A stretch of 58,029 bases of DNA from Bacteroidota bacterium (GCA_040388035.1 JAZKCP010000022.1:32357-90385), one strand, 5' to 3'; counted from the first letter of the stretch, positions 9,730 to 18,731 are shown. The notes: a model not told the origin generated them from the sequence alone. Program-made: numbers and translations.

Positions 9730-10482
9730 ATGAAAAAGTTACTTTTATATAGTTTTTTACTGCTTTCCGTTGTCATTCAGGCTCAGGAAAAAGATAAAGA
9801 TTTGCCAAAAGGAAACGATTCTTTTGCCGAAAAAAAATACGATGCTGCCGAAGCGGAATACCGGATTTCAGAATCTAAAAATCCGAAAAAATCAATTGCA
9901 TCATACAATTTAGGAAATGCCATTTATCGGCAAAATCAAACCACAGAAGCCAAATATCATTACGCAAAAGCATTGAAAAACGCTAAAACCAGAACCGAAA
10001 AACATCAGGCGTTTCACAATATCGGGAACACGCTAATGAAAGATAAGGATTATGGCGGCGCTGTGGAAGCCTATAAAAATGCCTTGCGTAACAATCCGGT
10101 CGATGAAGAGACTCGTTATAATTATGCTTTGGCCAAAAAGATGCTAAAAGAAAATCCACCGAAGAAAGACGATAACAAAGACAAGAAAGACAAGAATAAG
10201 GATAAAAACAAGGACAAAGACAAAGATAAAAAAGACGACAAGAAAGAAGGAAAAGATAAAGACAAGGATAAAAAAGACGGCGACAAGGATAAAGATAACA
10301 AAGATCAAAAAGACAATAAAGACCAGGATCAAGGCAAACCAAAACCTCAACCTGGCGGAATTTCAAAACAACGTCTGGAGAATTTATTGGACGCTGTAAA
10401 CAATGAAGAGAAAAAAATTCAGGATAAAGTAAACAAACAAAAGGTACAAGCCAATCCGAAAAAAGCGGAAAAAGATTGGTAA
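9730..10482 (+). CDS. batC: Aerotolerance protein BatC (TPR plus K/D low-complexity tract)
   Basis: TPRs YNLGNAIY, FHNIGN, YKNALRNNP..ETRYNYALA; KD-rich linker; C-terminal EKDW. Confidence 0.9.
   Translation: MKKLLLYSFLLLSVVIQAQEKDKDLPKGNDSFAEKKYDAAEAEYRISESKNPKKSIASYNLGNAIYRQNQTTEAKYHYAKALKNAKTRTEKHQAFHNIGNTLMKDKDYGGAVEAYKNALRNNPVDEETRYNYALAKKMLKENPPKKDDNKDKKDKNKDKNKDKDKDKKDDKKEGKDKDKDKKDGDKDKDNKDQKDNKDQDQGKPKPQPGGISKQRLENLLDAVNNEEKKIQDKVNKQKVQANPKKAEKDW
10160..10332 (+). repeat. Coding low-complexity repeat (degenerate AAAGAC/AAGGAT hexamers encoding KD)
   Basis: Purine-rich tract translating to KKDDNKDKKDKNKDKNKDKDKDKKDDKKEGKDKDKDKKDGDKDKDNKDQKDNKDQDQ. Confidence 0.85.
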
Positions 10483-10516
10483 AAAAATAAATTTGAAAAT
10501 TATTTAATTTGAAAAT

Positions 10517-12286
10517 TTGAAAATGAAAAGGATATTTTTAATACTGTTTTTAATCACGAATTCACTTTTTGCCCAGGTTCAGTTTGAGGCAAAAGTGAGC
10601 AAGAACTCTTTGGGATTAAACGAACGGCTTCGCGTTGATTTTACAATGAATGCCGATGGTGATAATTTTGTGCCGCCAAATTTCGAAGCATGTGGTTTTA
10701 AAGTTGTTGGCGGACCAAGCCAATCCGTAAGCCAATCTTGGGTAAACGGAAGAAGCTCGTTTAACAAATCGTACATTTTTATTTTACTGCCTACTCAAAA
10801 AGGCGCTTTGACACTCAGACAAGCCTCGATTGAAATCAATGGCCAGATTTATAAAACGTCTCCGGTAAGGATAAATGTGACCAATGCTGTTGAAATCCCA
10901 AAAGATCCAAACGAAGCGCCAGCCATTAGCGCGGATGACAATCTATATTTAGTCGCGGACATTTCAAAAACAAATCCATACCTTAATGAACCAATTACCG
11001 TTGTCTACAAATTGTATTTCAGTTATAACATCGGAATCACGAACTGGCGTGAACTCAACAAACCAAAATACAATGATTTTTGGAGCCAAAATATCGATAT
11101 CAAACAATTGGTTGCGCAGGACGGAACATTCAAAGGCGAACGATTTCGCTATGTAGTATTGCGAAAAACTGTCTTGTATCCGCAAAAATCCGGAAAACTG
11201 GAAATTGAGCCACTTTCGTTGGATATCGATTGCCAGGTGCCAACAAACAGAAGAAATTTTTGGGGACAACCCTTAATGACCGAAGACAGTAAACGCGTTT
11301 CTGCCGGAAGTAAAGTCATCAACGTAAAAGCACTGCCGGAAAAAGGAAAGCCAGAAGATTTTTCGGGCGCTGTCGGCCGCATGGATTTCAAGGTAAAACC
11401 ATCCAAAACCGTTTTGAAAAATGGAGAATCCTTAGATTTAGACGTAAGTGTTGTTGGAACAGGAAACCTGAAATTGTTTTCGTTGCCAAAACCCGTTCTA
11501 CCTTCCGCTTTGGAGATGTACGATCCGGTACACGACGAACGCGTATCAACGCCATTAACCGGAATGACCGGGCGGATTTCGGATAAATACACGATAATTC
11601 CGCAATACAAAGGCAATTACCAAATCAAGTCGATGCGTTTTACTTATTTTGATTTGGGCTCGAACAGTTACAAAACCATCACTTCACAGCCAATAACCAT
11701 CAATGTATTGGATGGTCCAAGCATCGCGAGTTCAAGTAAAACCAATCCGAATGATGTTGCCAAAACCAAATTCGAAGCTGCCAAATCGTTTGCCTACATC
11801 AAACAAAAAACAACTTTGCAACCAATGAAAAAGGATGACTTTCTTGGTTCAGGATTGTTCTATTCTTTAGTGATTTTACCGTTTTTAGCGATTCCTTTTT
11901 TGATTATCGGAAGAAGGAAAAAAGAAGCAATGGATAATGATGTCGTGGGCAATAAAATCAAAAGATCGAATGCTTTGGCTAAGAAATATTTAGGCGATGC
12001 CAAAAAGCATTTGGGCAACAAGGAACCTTTTTATATTGCGCTTGAAAAAGCGATGCACAATTTCCTGAAAGCCAAATTGCACATCGAAACTTCGGAAATG
12101 AGCAAAGACAAGATAACAGAACTCTTGCTTTCGCGCAAAGCAAATCCGGAAACGGTTTCTGAGTTTATCCAATTGACCGAAAACTGCGAATTGGCGCGTT
12201 ATGCCTATTCTTCTGAATCGGCAATCCAAAACGATTATGACAAAGCCGTGGTGATTATTTCGGAACTTGAAAAGCAATTAAAATAA
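10517..12286 (+). CDS. batD: Aerotolerance protein BatD (start may be ATG at 10523)
   Basis: Signal peptide, repeated Ig-like BatD domains, FSGAVG motif, C-terminal TM and helical tail. Confidence 0.9.
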   Translation: MKMKRIFLILFLITNSLFAQVQFEAKVSKNSLGLNERLRVDFTMNADGDNFVPPNFEACGFKVVGGPSQSVSQSWVNGRSSFNKSYIFILLPTQKGALTLRQASIEINGQIYKTSPVRINVTNAVEIPKDPNEAPAISADDNLYLVADISKTNPYLNEPITVVYKLYFSYNIGITNWRELNKPKYNDFWSQNIDIKQLVAQDGTFKGERFRYVVLRKTVLYPQKSGKLEIEPLSLDIDCQVPTNRRNFWGQPLMTEDSKRVSAGSKVINVKALPEKGKPEDFSGAVGRMDFKVKPSKTVLKNGESLDLDVSVVGTGNLKLFSLPKPVLPSALEMYDPVHDERVSTPLTGMTGRISDKYTIIPQYKGNYQIKSMRFTYFDLGSNSYKTITSQPITINVLDGPSIASSSKTNPNDVAKTKFEAAKSFAYIKQKTTLQPMKKDDFLGSGLFYSLVILPFLAIPFLIIGRRKKEAMDNDVVGNKIKRSNALAKKYLGDAKKHLGNKEPFYIALEKAMHNFLKAKLHIETSEMSKDKITELLLSRKANPETVSEFIQLTENCELARYAYSSESAIQNDYDKAVVIISELEKQLK

Positions 12287-13050
12287 TGATGAAGATGAAG
12301 AAGATACTGATTTTATTTTGGCTTACTTCGGCATTTGCTTTTGCAACTGATCCCTATCGGCCGTTTGAAACGGGAAATCAATATTATGCCGCTGAAAAGT
12401 ATGAAATGGCAATTCAAAACTATGAGCGTATTGTAGCTGAAGGAAAGCATTCGGCAGAATTGTATTTTAATCTGGGAAATTCCTATTATAAACTTCACAA
12501 AGTAGCGCCGGCGATTTATAATTATGAAAAAGCATTATTGCTGAGCCCAAACGATACTGAGATAAAAACTAACTTAGAATTTGCCAGAAAAATGACCATT
12601 GACGACATTAAAGTCATTCCAAAAGTTGGCTTCAGCAAACTGATTCAGGATTTTACTGCGAAGTATTATTATGATACCTGGGCTTGGATTACAGTCGTTT
12701 TTGCTTTTATATTCTTGTTGTTTTTTGTGGGTTATTATTTTTCACATTCAACGATTTTGAAACGCGTTTTCTTTTTTGGAATGTTTGTCTGGCTGATTGG
12801 AATTGGATTAAGCGCCGCTTCCGGTTTTTATGAAAAAGGCCGAATGGACAACGAAAGACCGGCTATCGTTTTTGCCGAAAATGTATCCGTGAAAAGTGAA
12901 CCAAAAAGTGCGGCGCCTGACGCTTTTATGCTACATGAAGGAACCAAAGTGTATATTTTGGAAAGCATAGCCAACTGGAAAAAAGTAGAACTAACCGACG
13001 AAACTACCGGTTGGATTGAAGACAGCGCGATTAAGGAAATCAAGAATTAG
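12286..13050 (+). CDS. batE: Aerotolerance protein BatE (TPR + TMs + SH3)
   Basis: YFNLGNSYYK TPR, two TM segments, LHEGTKV..W..GW SH3b-like C-terminus. Confidence 0.9.
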   Translation: MMKMKKILILFWLTSAFAFATDPYRPFETGNQYYAAEKYEMAIQNYERIVAEGKHSAELYFNLGNSYYKLHKVAPAIYNYEKALLLSPNDTEIKTNLEFARKMTIDDIKVIPKVGFSKLIQDFTAKYYYDTWAWITVVFAFIFLLFFVGYYFSHSTILKRVFFFGMFVWLIGIGLSAASGFYEKGRMDNERPAIVFAENVSVKSEPKSAAPDAFMLHEGTKVYILESIANWKKVELTDETTGWIEDSAIKEIKN

Positions 13051-13080
13051 TGTTCAGTCTTCAGTTATTAGTGTTCAGTA
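13048..13080. repeat. 7-nt tandem repeat arm (YAGTGTT class)
   Basis: tagtgtt cagtctt cagttat tagtgtt cagta; same unit as at 23264. Confidence 0.8.
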
Positions 13081-13084
13081 TCAT

Positions 13085-13092
13085 TATCTTTG
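13085..13092 (+). promoter_or_regulatory. Bacteroidetes -7 element (TATCTTTG)
   Basis: TAnnTTTG upstream of the 13154 ORF. Confidence 0.55.
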
Positions 13093-13153
13093 CAGACTTA
13101 ATTATGATTTGAGTATTAAATTTAATATTTAAAATCTAAAATCTAAAATTTCC

Positions 13154-13510
13154 GTGTCAAGAGACGAACAATTAAAAAACCGCTGGAACAAAGTCGTAGA
13201 AATCCTGTCCAATCAGTTTGCTGATGGCGATATTTTGGATTTGGACGCAATTATATACTTAATCGGAGTGCAGGAATTGGGGCAATTAAAACGTGCTTTC
13301 AAAAAAGACGAGAAACTCAACCTGATGCACATTGCCATTTGCCGTGTGCTCGAACCTTATGGTTTCTATGAATTTGATTTTGTGGATAAGGACGGTTGGC
13401 CGCATTATAAAATCAAAGAGGAATTACCGCCTTTAAAAGCCGGAGAACAATCGATTTTAATGAAAGAAGCGATTGTCAATTACTTCCTTGAAAAGGAAGT
13501 AATTGAATAG
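13154..13510 (+). CDS. Conserved hypothetical protein (GTG start)
   Basis: 118 aa; LIGVQELG, KLNLMHIAIC, DGWPH motifs resemble a conserved Bacteroidetes hypothetical family. Confidence 0.75.
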   Translation: MSRDEQLKNRWNKVVEILSNQFADGDILDLDAIIYLIGVQELGQLKRAFKKDEKLNLMHIAICRVLEPYGFYEFDFVDKDGWPHYKIKEELPPLKAGEQSILMKEAIVNYFLEKEVIE

Positions 13511-13579
13511 TTTAAAAGGTTTATTATGGTTATGTGGTTTAATTATAAACTTATAAACCTCATAAACTTTATAAACTAC
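13510..13579. repeat. Inverted array of ~9-nt tandem repeats (GTTTAnnnn / nTATAAACn)
   Basis: gtttaaaag gtttattat ggttatgtg gtttaat | tataaact tataaacct cataaactt tataaacta. Confidence 0.75.
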
Positions 13580-13589
13580 AAAAAAACAT

Positions 13590-13597
13590 TAAATTTG
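13590..13597 (+). promoter_or_regulatory. pheS -7 promoter element (TAAATTTG)
   Basis: TAnnTTTG about 20 nt upstream of the pheS ATG. Confidence 0.65.
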
Positions 13598-13616
13598 CAC
13601 CTTTACAAAATGACCG

Positions 13617-14636
13617 ATGATAGACAAGATTAAAGAACATATTGAAGAAGCTAAAGCATTCAACACCAAAAACAAGGAAGCTTTAGAGCATTTCCGTATC
13701 AAATATTTGGGTAGCAAAGGTTTGCTGAAAGAACTTTTTGTGGAGTTTAAAAACATCCCGAATGAACAGAAAAAAGACTTCGGGCAGGTAATCAATACGT
13801 TGAAAACCGTTGCCGAAGAAAAGGTAAAAGCCATTCAGGAAGAACTCGAAAGCAAGGAAGAAGTAAAAGGTTTCTATGGCGATTTATCACGTCCTTCAGA
13901 ACCTGTTGTAATTGGTTCGCGTCATCCTATTTCATTGGTAAAAAACCAAATCATCGATATATTTTCAACCATCGGATTCAATGTTTCCGAAGGTCCGGAA
14001 ATTGAAGATGACTGGCATAATTTTACAGCGTTGAATCTTCCGGAATACCATCCGGCGAGGGATATGCAGGATACCTTTTTTATCCAAACCAACCCTGATG
14101 TATTGTTGAGAACACATACTTCATCTGTTCAGGTTCGTTATATGGAAAACAACAAACCGCCAATCAGAACCATTTCTCCTGGAAGGGTTTTTAGGAATGA
14201 AGCGGTTTCTTCACGTTCGCATTGTATTTTCCACCAGGTGGAAGGTTTGTATATTGACAAAGATGTTTCGTTTGCCGATTTGAAGCAGACGCTTTTATAT
14301 TTCACCAAGGAAATGTTTGGAAAAAGCAAAATTCGTTTGCGACCAAGTTATTTTCCTTTTACGGAGCCAAGTGCTGAGGTTGATATTTATTGGGGTTTAA
14401 AAACCGAAACCGATTACCGTATCACCAAAGGAACAGGTTGGTTGGAAATCATGGGCTGCGGAATGGTTGATCCAAACGTTCTAAAAAACTGTGGCATCAA
14501 TCCGGACGAATACAACGGATTCGCCTTTGGAATGGGAATTGAACGTATCGCCATGTTGTTGTACCAGATTGGCGACATCAGGATGTTCTATGAAAATGAC
14601 GTTCGTTTCTTAGAGCAGTTCAAGTCTAGTATATAA
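13617..14636 (+). CDS. pheS: Phenylalanine--tRNA ligase alpha subunit
   Basis: [41 protein letters not shown]. Confidence 0.98.
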   Translation: MIDKIKEHIEEAKAFNTKNKEALEHFRIKYLGSKGLLKELFVEFKNIPNEQKKDFGQVINTLKTVAEEKVKAIQEELESKEEVKGFYGDLSRPSEPVVIGSRHPISLVKNQIIDIFSTIGFNVSEGPEIEDDWHNFTALNLPEYHPARDMQDTFFIQTNPDVLLRTHTSSVQVRYMENNKPPIRTISPGRVFRNEAVSSRSHCIFHQVEGLYIDKDVSFADLKQTLLYFTKEMFGKSKIRLRPSYFPFTEPSAEVDIYWGLKTETDYRITKGTGWLEIMGCGMVDPNVLKNCGINPDEYNGFAFGMGIERIAMLLYQIGDIRMFYENDVRFLEQFKSSI

Positions 14637-14643
14637 ACCGAAC

Positions 14644-14745
14644 CCCTAGCCCCGATTGGAACGACATCCTTTTTTAAGGATTGGCCGGAACGTAAGTGCA
14701 GGCACATCCTTAAAAAAGATATAGTGGAAAGCGGGATTAGCTCCT
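14644..14745 (+). ncRNA. Structured dispersed element resembling the Flavo-1 RNA motif
   Basis: CTAGCCCCGATTG...CATCCTTTTTTAAGGAT...ATCCTTAAAAAAGATATAG..GGAAAGCGGGATTAG. Long central stem (14666-14681/14706-14720), outer CTAGCCCCG/CGGGATTAG pairing, GNRA-like loops. The family name is from recall, not a search. Confidence 0.6.
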
Positions 14746-14757
14746 AAAAATTCATAA

Positions 14758-15165
14758 TTGAAAAAAGATATTGACATACCACAAGTAGAAAATGTTTTCC
14801 TTGCTGCCGTTCAGGAATGGAGCGATGATTTTATGGAAAAGGTTTGGTATGTCTACCTGATCAACGATTCTGACTTCGATTTAGACAGCGTAATGGTCGT
14901 TTCCAAGGCTTTTGGTACTCTTGATGGCGAAATGAAAAAAACGTCGCTCCTGCGCCACGCATTTGTACAGGTTCCTGCAGTTTCCGTTGTAAAGATTGAA
15001 ATGATTGAACAAAGTGTTCTGAGATTGAACAATGAGTTTATGGTAACTTATTTTATCGGAAGTGCTTTATACGATAAGAAATTTACATTCAAGGCACAAT
15101 CCATTACTCCCGATTATGTGGAAGAAGTTCCGATTTTGTTTGTAGATGGCGTGATAGTGAGATAG
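14758..15165 (+). CDS. Conserved hypothetical protein (TTG start)
   Basis: 135 aa; MKKDIDIP, WYVYLIN, KTSLLRH, LNNEFMVTYF, YDKKFTF; fills the gap with no competing ORF. Confidence 0.75.
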   Translation: MKKDIDIPQVENVFLAAVQEWSDDFMEKVWYVYLINDSDFDLDSVMVVSKAFGTLDGEMKKTSLLRHAFVQVPAVSVVKIEMIEQSVLRLNNEFMVTYFIGSALYDKKFTFKAQSITPDYVEEVPILFVDGVIVR

Positions 15166-15420
15166 TTACGTGTTTCGTTTTTCTTTTTTGTTTCCTCTAA
15201 AAATGGCAGACCAGCTGTTGCTTTTCGGATCTCTGCCTTTCCAAAAAAGATAGCCCATGACAAAAGTACCTACGACAACATTAAGGACAAGTCTCCAGTA
15301 AATACTTCCTTCCTGCAGTTCTTCAGCTAGTTTCTTTTCGCTCATTAACGTTGCCATTAGCGACATGAATAAACCCCAAAACAATCCAATTTTAATCTGA
15401 TATTTCCATCGTTCACTCAT
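15166..15420 (-). CDS. Small two-TM membrane protein
   Basis: 84 aa with two hydrophobic segments; starts 1 nt after the gpsA stop. Confidence 0.65.
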   Translation of the reverse strand: MSERWKYQIKIGLFWGLFMSLMATLMSEKKLAEELQEGSIYWRLVLNVVVGTFVMGYLFWKGRDPKSNSWSAIFRGNKKEKRNT

Positions 15421-15421
15421 A

Positions 15422-16417
15422 TCAATCTAATTTTTCGGTTAATTTTTTAAACACGGCTTTGGCCTCTTTTCCTTCGTACAAAATCTGATAAACCGCATCG
15501 ATAATTGGTGTTTTTGCCTTGTATTCCTGATTCAGCTTATAAGCACTTTTCACGGCATAATAACCTTCGGCAACCATTGACATTTCCATCATCGCCGATT
15601 TTACGGTATAACCTTTTCCAATCATGTTTCCGAACATTCGGTTTCGGGAAAACACTGAATAACCCGTTACAAGTAAATCGCCCAAGTAAGCAGAATCATT
15701 GATGTTTCGCTTCATTTTATGGACTTTCTTGATGAATTTTTTCATTTCACGAATGGAGTTACTCATTATCACCGATTGGAAATTGTCGCCATAACCCAAA
15801 CCATGAGCGATTCCGGCAGCAATGGCATAAATGTTTTTCAGCATTGCGGCATATTCTGTCCCGATGATATCATCCGAGATTTTGGTTTTGATATAATTCC
15901 CGGCCAAAACGTCGGCAACAACTTCAGCCTTATCCGAATCGCCACAGGCAATTGTTAAATAGGAAAGACGTTCCAGGGCAACTTCTTCCGCATGGCATGG
16001 ACCGGTAATCACACCAATATTTTCAAAAGGAATATCATATTTTTTATTGAAATGTTCACCAACAATCAGGAACGTTTCAGGAACAATTCCTTTGATGGCC
16101 GAGAAAATTACCTTGTCTTTCAAGCTCACGGTTAACTTTTGCAATTCGGCATTTAAGAACGCTGACGGAATGGCGAAAATGATATAATCGGCATATTCAA
16201 CTGCCTCATTTATATCTGAAGTCAGCCTGAGTTTTTTGATATCAAACTCGACAGAGCTTAAATAATTCGGATTGTGTTTTTGGGTTTTTATATGATCGAT
16301 TGCCGATTCATTTCGCATGTACCAGGCAATTTCATCGAGATTGACACATAACATCTTTGCAATTGCCGTAGCCCAACTTCCGCCACCGATTACTGCAAAT
16401 TTTGGAGATTTATTCAT
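15422..16417 (-). CDS. gpsA: NAD(P)H-dependent glycerol-3-phosphate dehydrogenase
   Basis: GGGSWATA, AIKG, GPCHAEEV, LKNIYAIAAG, GDLLVT, SRNR, AEG. Confidence 0.95.
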   Translation of the reverse strand: MNKSPKFAVIGGGSWATAIAKMLCVNLDEIAWYMRNESAIDHIKTQKHNPNYLSSVEFDIKKLRLTSDINEAVEYADYIIFAIPSAFLNAELQKLTVSLKDKVIFSAIKGIVPETFLIVGEHFNKKYDIPFENIGVITGPCHAEEVALERLSYLTIACGDSDKAEVVADVLAGNYIKTKISDDIIGTEYAAMLKNIYAIAAGIAHGLGYGDNFQSVIMSNSIREMKKFIKKVHKMKRNINDSAYLGDLLVTGYSVFSRNRMFGNMIGKGYTVKSAMMEMSMVAEGYYAVKSAYKLNQEYKAKTPIIDAVYQILYEGKEAKAVFKKLTEKLD

Positions 16418-16439
16418 GAAGATAAACGTTTAACTCATT

Positions 16440-16447
16440 CAAAAATA
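16440..16447 (-). promoter_or_regulatory. gpsA -7 promoter element (TATTTTTG)
   Basis: TAnnTTTG on the - strand about 22 nt upstream of the ATG. Confidence 0.5.
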
Positions 16448-16484
16448 CTGAATTTTAAACGAAATTCCTTTTATTATTTTTATC

Positions 16485-17066
16485 CTATTTTCTATAAAAA
16501 GCGCTGCTGTCAATATACTCCCAGACTTTTTGGGGCAACATTGGCGAAACATTCTTTTTGTTTTTGATGCTTTCGCGGATAAATGTGGAGGAAAGCTCAA
16601 TTACAGGTGCGCCTATTCGATGGATTTTTGGATGGTTTACAAACTGCTCATCAATTTCTCCCGAATTTAATCTCGGATACACATAAATATTATGGTTCTC
16701 TAGAATCACTTGATAGTTTTTCCATTTGTGAAGCGAATTCAAATTGTCCTCGCCCATGATTAAGGCAAACTCATACTTTGGATGTTTTTCTTCCAAATGC
16801 GCCAGCGTATTTACGGTATAATTAGGCTGTGGTAATTTGAATTCTATATCAGAAGGTTTAATTTTTGTAAAATCCTCCGTTGCTACTGTGACCATATGCA
16901 AACGCTGGTAATCATCGAGTAACGTGGTTTTTTGTTTGTGCGGATTGTGTGGCGTCACCACCATCCAAATCTGGTCTAAGTCAGAATGCTCAGCCATATG
17001 ATTTGCGATAATCATGTGCCCAATGTGAATGGGATTAAAGGTTCCGAAATACAATCCTATTTTCAT
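16485..17066 (-). CDS. nadD: Nicotinate-nucleotide adenylyltransferase
   Basis: GTFNPIHIGH, LIMGED, W-K-N, LSSTFIR. Confidence 0.96.
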   Translation of the reverse strand: MKIGLYFGTFNPIHIGHMIIANHMAEHSDLDQIWMVVTPHNPHKQKTTLLDDYQRLHMVTVATEDFTKIKPSDIEFKLPQPNYTVNTLAHLEEKHPKYEFALIMGEDNLNSLHKWKNYQVILENHNIYVYPRLNSGEIDEQFVNHPKIHRIGAPVIELSSTFIRESIKNKKNVSPMLPQKVWEYIDSSAFYRK

Positions 17067-17071
17067 TTTTG

Positions 17072-17165
17072 AGGGATAAGGGATAAGGCATAAGGCATAA
17101 GATTTTTACTTATCCCTTTTTATGAAACAAGCTAACGCTTGTGTACCTCAAGCCCACTGGGCTTG
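17072..17165. repeat. 7-nt repeat array (AGGGATA/AGGCATA x4) with a short inverted arm, followed by two small hairpins
   Basis: agggata agggata aggcata aggcata ... cttatccct; acaagc-taac-gcttgt (17127-17142); caagccc-act-gggcttg (17149-17165). Confidence 0.75.
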
Positions 17166-17191
17166 CTCCTTTTAATTTCAAATCTTTTAAC

Positions 17192-17761
17192 TTATTTTAT
17201 AAAATCTTTAACCAACTCGTATGCTTCTTTTTTAGCGATATCCAAATCATAATTCTTGATGACAATATCAAATTGTGGAGCTGTAGCCAATTCTACATGT
17301 GCTTTAGCTATTCGCATATTGATTTTTTCCTCATTTTCCGTAGAACGTTCCTTTAATCGGCGTTTTAGTTCGTCAACGCTCGGTGGTTTCACAAAAACTG
17401 CTAAGGTTTCTGCCGGAAATTTATGTTTGATTCGCAATCCGCCTGAAACATCAATATCAAAAATTACGTTTTTGCCTTTTGCCCAAATGCGCTCGACTTC
17501 ACTTTTCAAGGTTCCATAGAAATTATCGCGATATACTTCCTCCCATTCGATGAAATCATCTGCTTTGATATGTTTTTTGAAATCTGCAATCGACATGAAA
17601 TAATAGTCTTTGCCGTGCTCTTCTTCACCACGAAGTTCGCGTGTGGCAGCCGAAATGGAAAATTCCAGATTCAATTCAGGTTGTGCCAATAAATGCCTTA
17701 CTATGGTCGTTTTTCCCGAACCTGATGGCGCTGAGAATACTAGTAATTTTCCGTTTTGCAT
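17192..17761 (-). CDS. gmk: Guanylate kinase
   Basis: APSGSGKTT, SAATR, EWEEVY..NFYGT, FDIDVSG. ATG at 17761 is preferred over the upstream GTG that lies inside a palindrome. Confidence 0.96.
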   Translation of the reverse strand: MQNGKLLVFSAPSGSGKTTIVRHLLAQPELNLEFSISAATRELRGEEEHGKDYYFMSIADFKKHIKADDFIEWEEVYRDNFYGTLKSEVERIWAKGKNVIFDIDVSGGLRIKHKFPAETLAVFVKPPSVDELKRRLKERSTENEEKINMRIAKAHVELATAPQFDIVIKNYDLDIAKKEAYELVKDFIK

Positions 17762-17774
17762 AATGTGTTTTTTT

Positions 17775-17829
17775 GCCACGAATGCACGAATAAAGCAAAA
17801 TTTTTTAAAAACATTCGTGCATTCGTGGC
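17775..17829. repeat. REP-like palindrome with perfect 17-bp arms GCCACGAATGCACGAAT
   Basis: 17775-17791 and 17813-17829 are exact reverse complements; further copies at 25810-25924. Confidence 0.9.
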
Positions 17830-17835
17830 TAAATA

Positions 17836-18696
17836 TTATAATACGTTTAGAACTTGCTCCTTGATTTTCTCCAACTCATCTTTCATCATTACAACCAACT
17901 TCTGCATTTCGGTATGATTGGATTTGGAGCCCATTGTATTGATTTCCCTTCCCATTTCCTGGGTAATAAAACCCAATTTTCTTCCGTTGGCTTCTGTTCC
18001 TGCAATGGTTTCAATAAAATAGTTAAGGTGGTTTTCCAAACGCACTTTCTCTTCGGTAATGTCATATTTCTCTAAATAGAAAATCAATTCTTGTTCAAAG
18101 CGGTTTTCGTCTACATTTTCTTTTAACTCATCAAGTGCTGTGCGCAATCTGGTTTTTACTGTTTCTACGCGTTCGGCATCATACGCTACTGCACTATTCA
18201 TCAGCGTCATTATATTGGCGATGCGGTGCAGGAATTCCCTTTCCAACGAAACACCTTCGTCTTTTCTGAATTGGGCAATGTTTTCCAACGCATCATCAAT
18301 TACGGTCTGGATTTTTTTCCAATCATCTTCGTCAATTTCGTCGCGCTCGGTTTTTAATGCATCCGGCATTCTCACCGCCATTTTCATCAATTCGGTTTCA
18401 TCTGCATTCGGAATAACGGCTTTCATTTGGTTGATATAGCCTCTGACAATTGGCACGTTTATTTTTGACGAAGTTTCTTCTCCGGTAATTTCAACATACA
18501 ACGAAAAATCTATCTTTCCGCGCTCCAATCGTGCCGAAAGCTGATTGCGCAGCCCCAATTCCATTTCCCTGAAAATAGAAGGCATTCGGGTGTTTAAATC
18601 CAATCCTTTTGAGTTTAGTGATTTGATTTCTACGGTAATTTTTTTGGATGGTAATTGCAGTGTTGCTTTTCCAAAACCTGTCATTGATTGTATCAT
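17836..18696 (-). CDS. yicC: YicC/YloC family endoribonuclease
   Basis: MIQSMTGFG, EIKSLN, DITEEKVRL, GRKLGFITQEMGREINTMGSK, EQVLN. Confidence 0.93.
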   Translation of the reverse strand: MIQSMTGFGKATLQLPSKKITVEIKSLNSKGLDLNTRMPSIFREMELGLRNQLSARLERGKIDFSLYVEITGEETSSKINVPIVRGYINQMKAVIPNADETELMKMAVRMPDALKTERDEIDEDDWKKIQTVIDDALENIAQFRKDEGVSLEREFLHRIANIMTLMNSAVAYDAERVETVKTRLRTALDELKENVDENRFEQELIFYLEKYDITEEKVRLENHLNYFIETIAGTEANGRKLGFITQEMGREINTMGSKSNHTEMQKLVVMMKDELEKIKEQVLNVL

Positions 18697-18716
18697 TCGT
18701 ATTTTTTAATAGACTT

Positions 18717-18724
18717 CAAATATA
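18717..18724 (-). promoter_or_regulatory. yicC -7 promoter element (TATATTTG)
   Basis: TAnnTTTG on the - strand about 20 nt upstream of the ATG. Confidence 0.55.
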
Positions 18725-18731
18725 AGGAAAA

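Noticed and set aside
9983-10366. Hydrophobic or Cys-rich minus-strand ORFs
   Set aside because: Artefacts of the antisense KD repeat in batC.
13617-14636. pheS without pheT (and rnpA without rpmH)
   Set aside because: Normal gene arrangement in Bacteroidetes.
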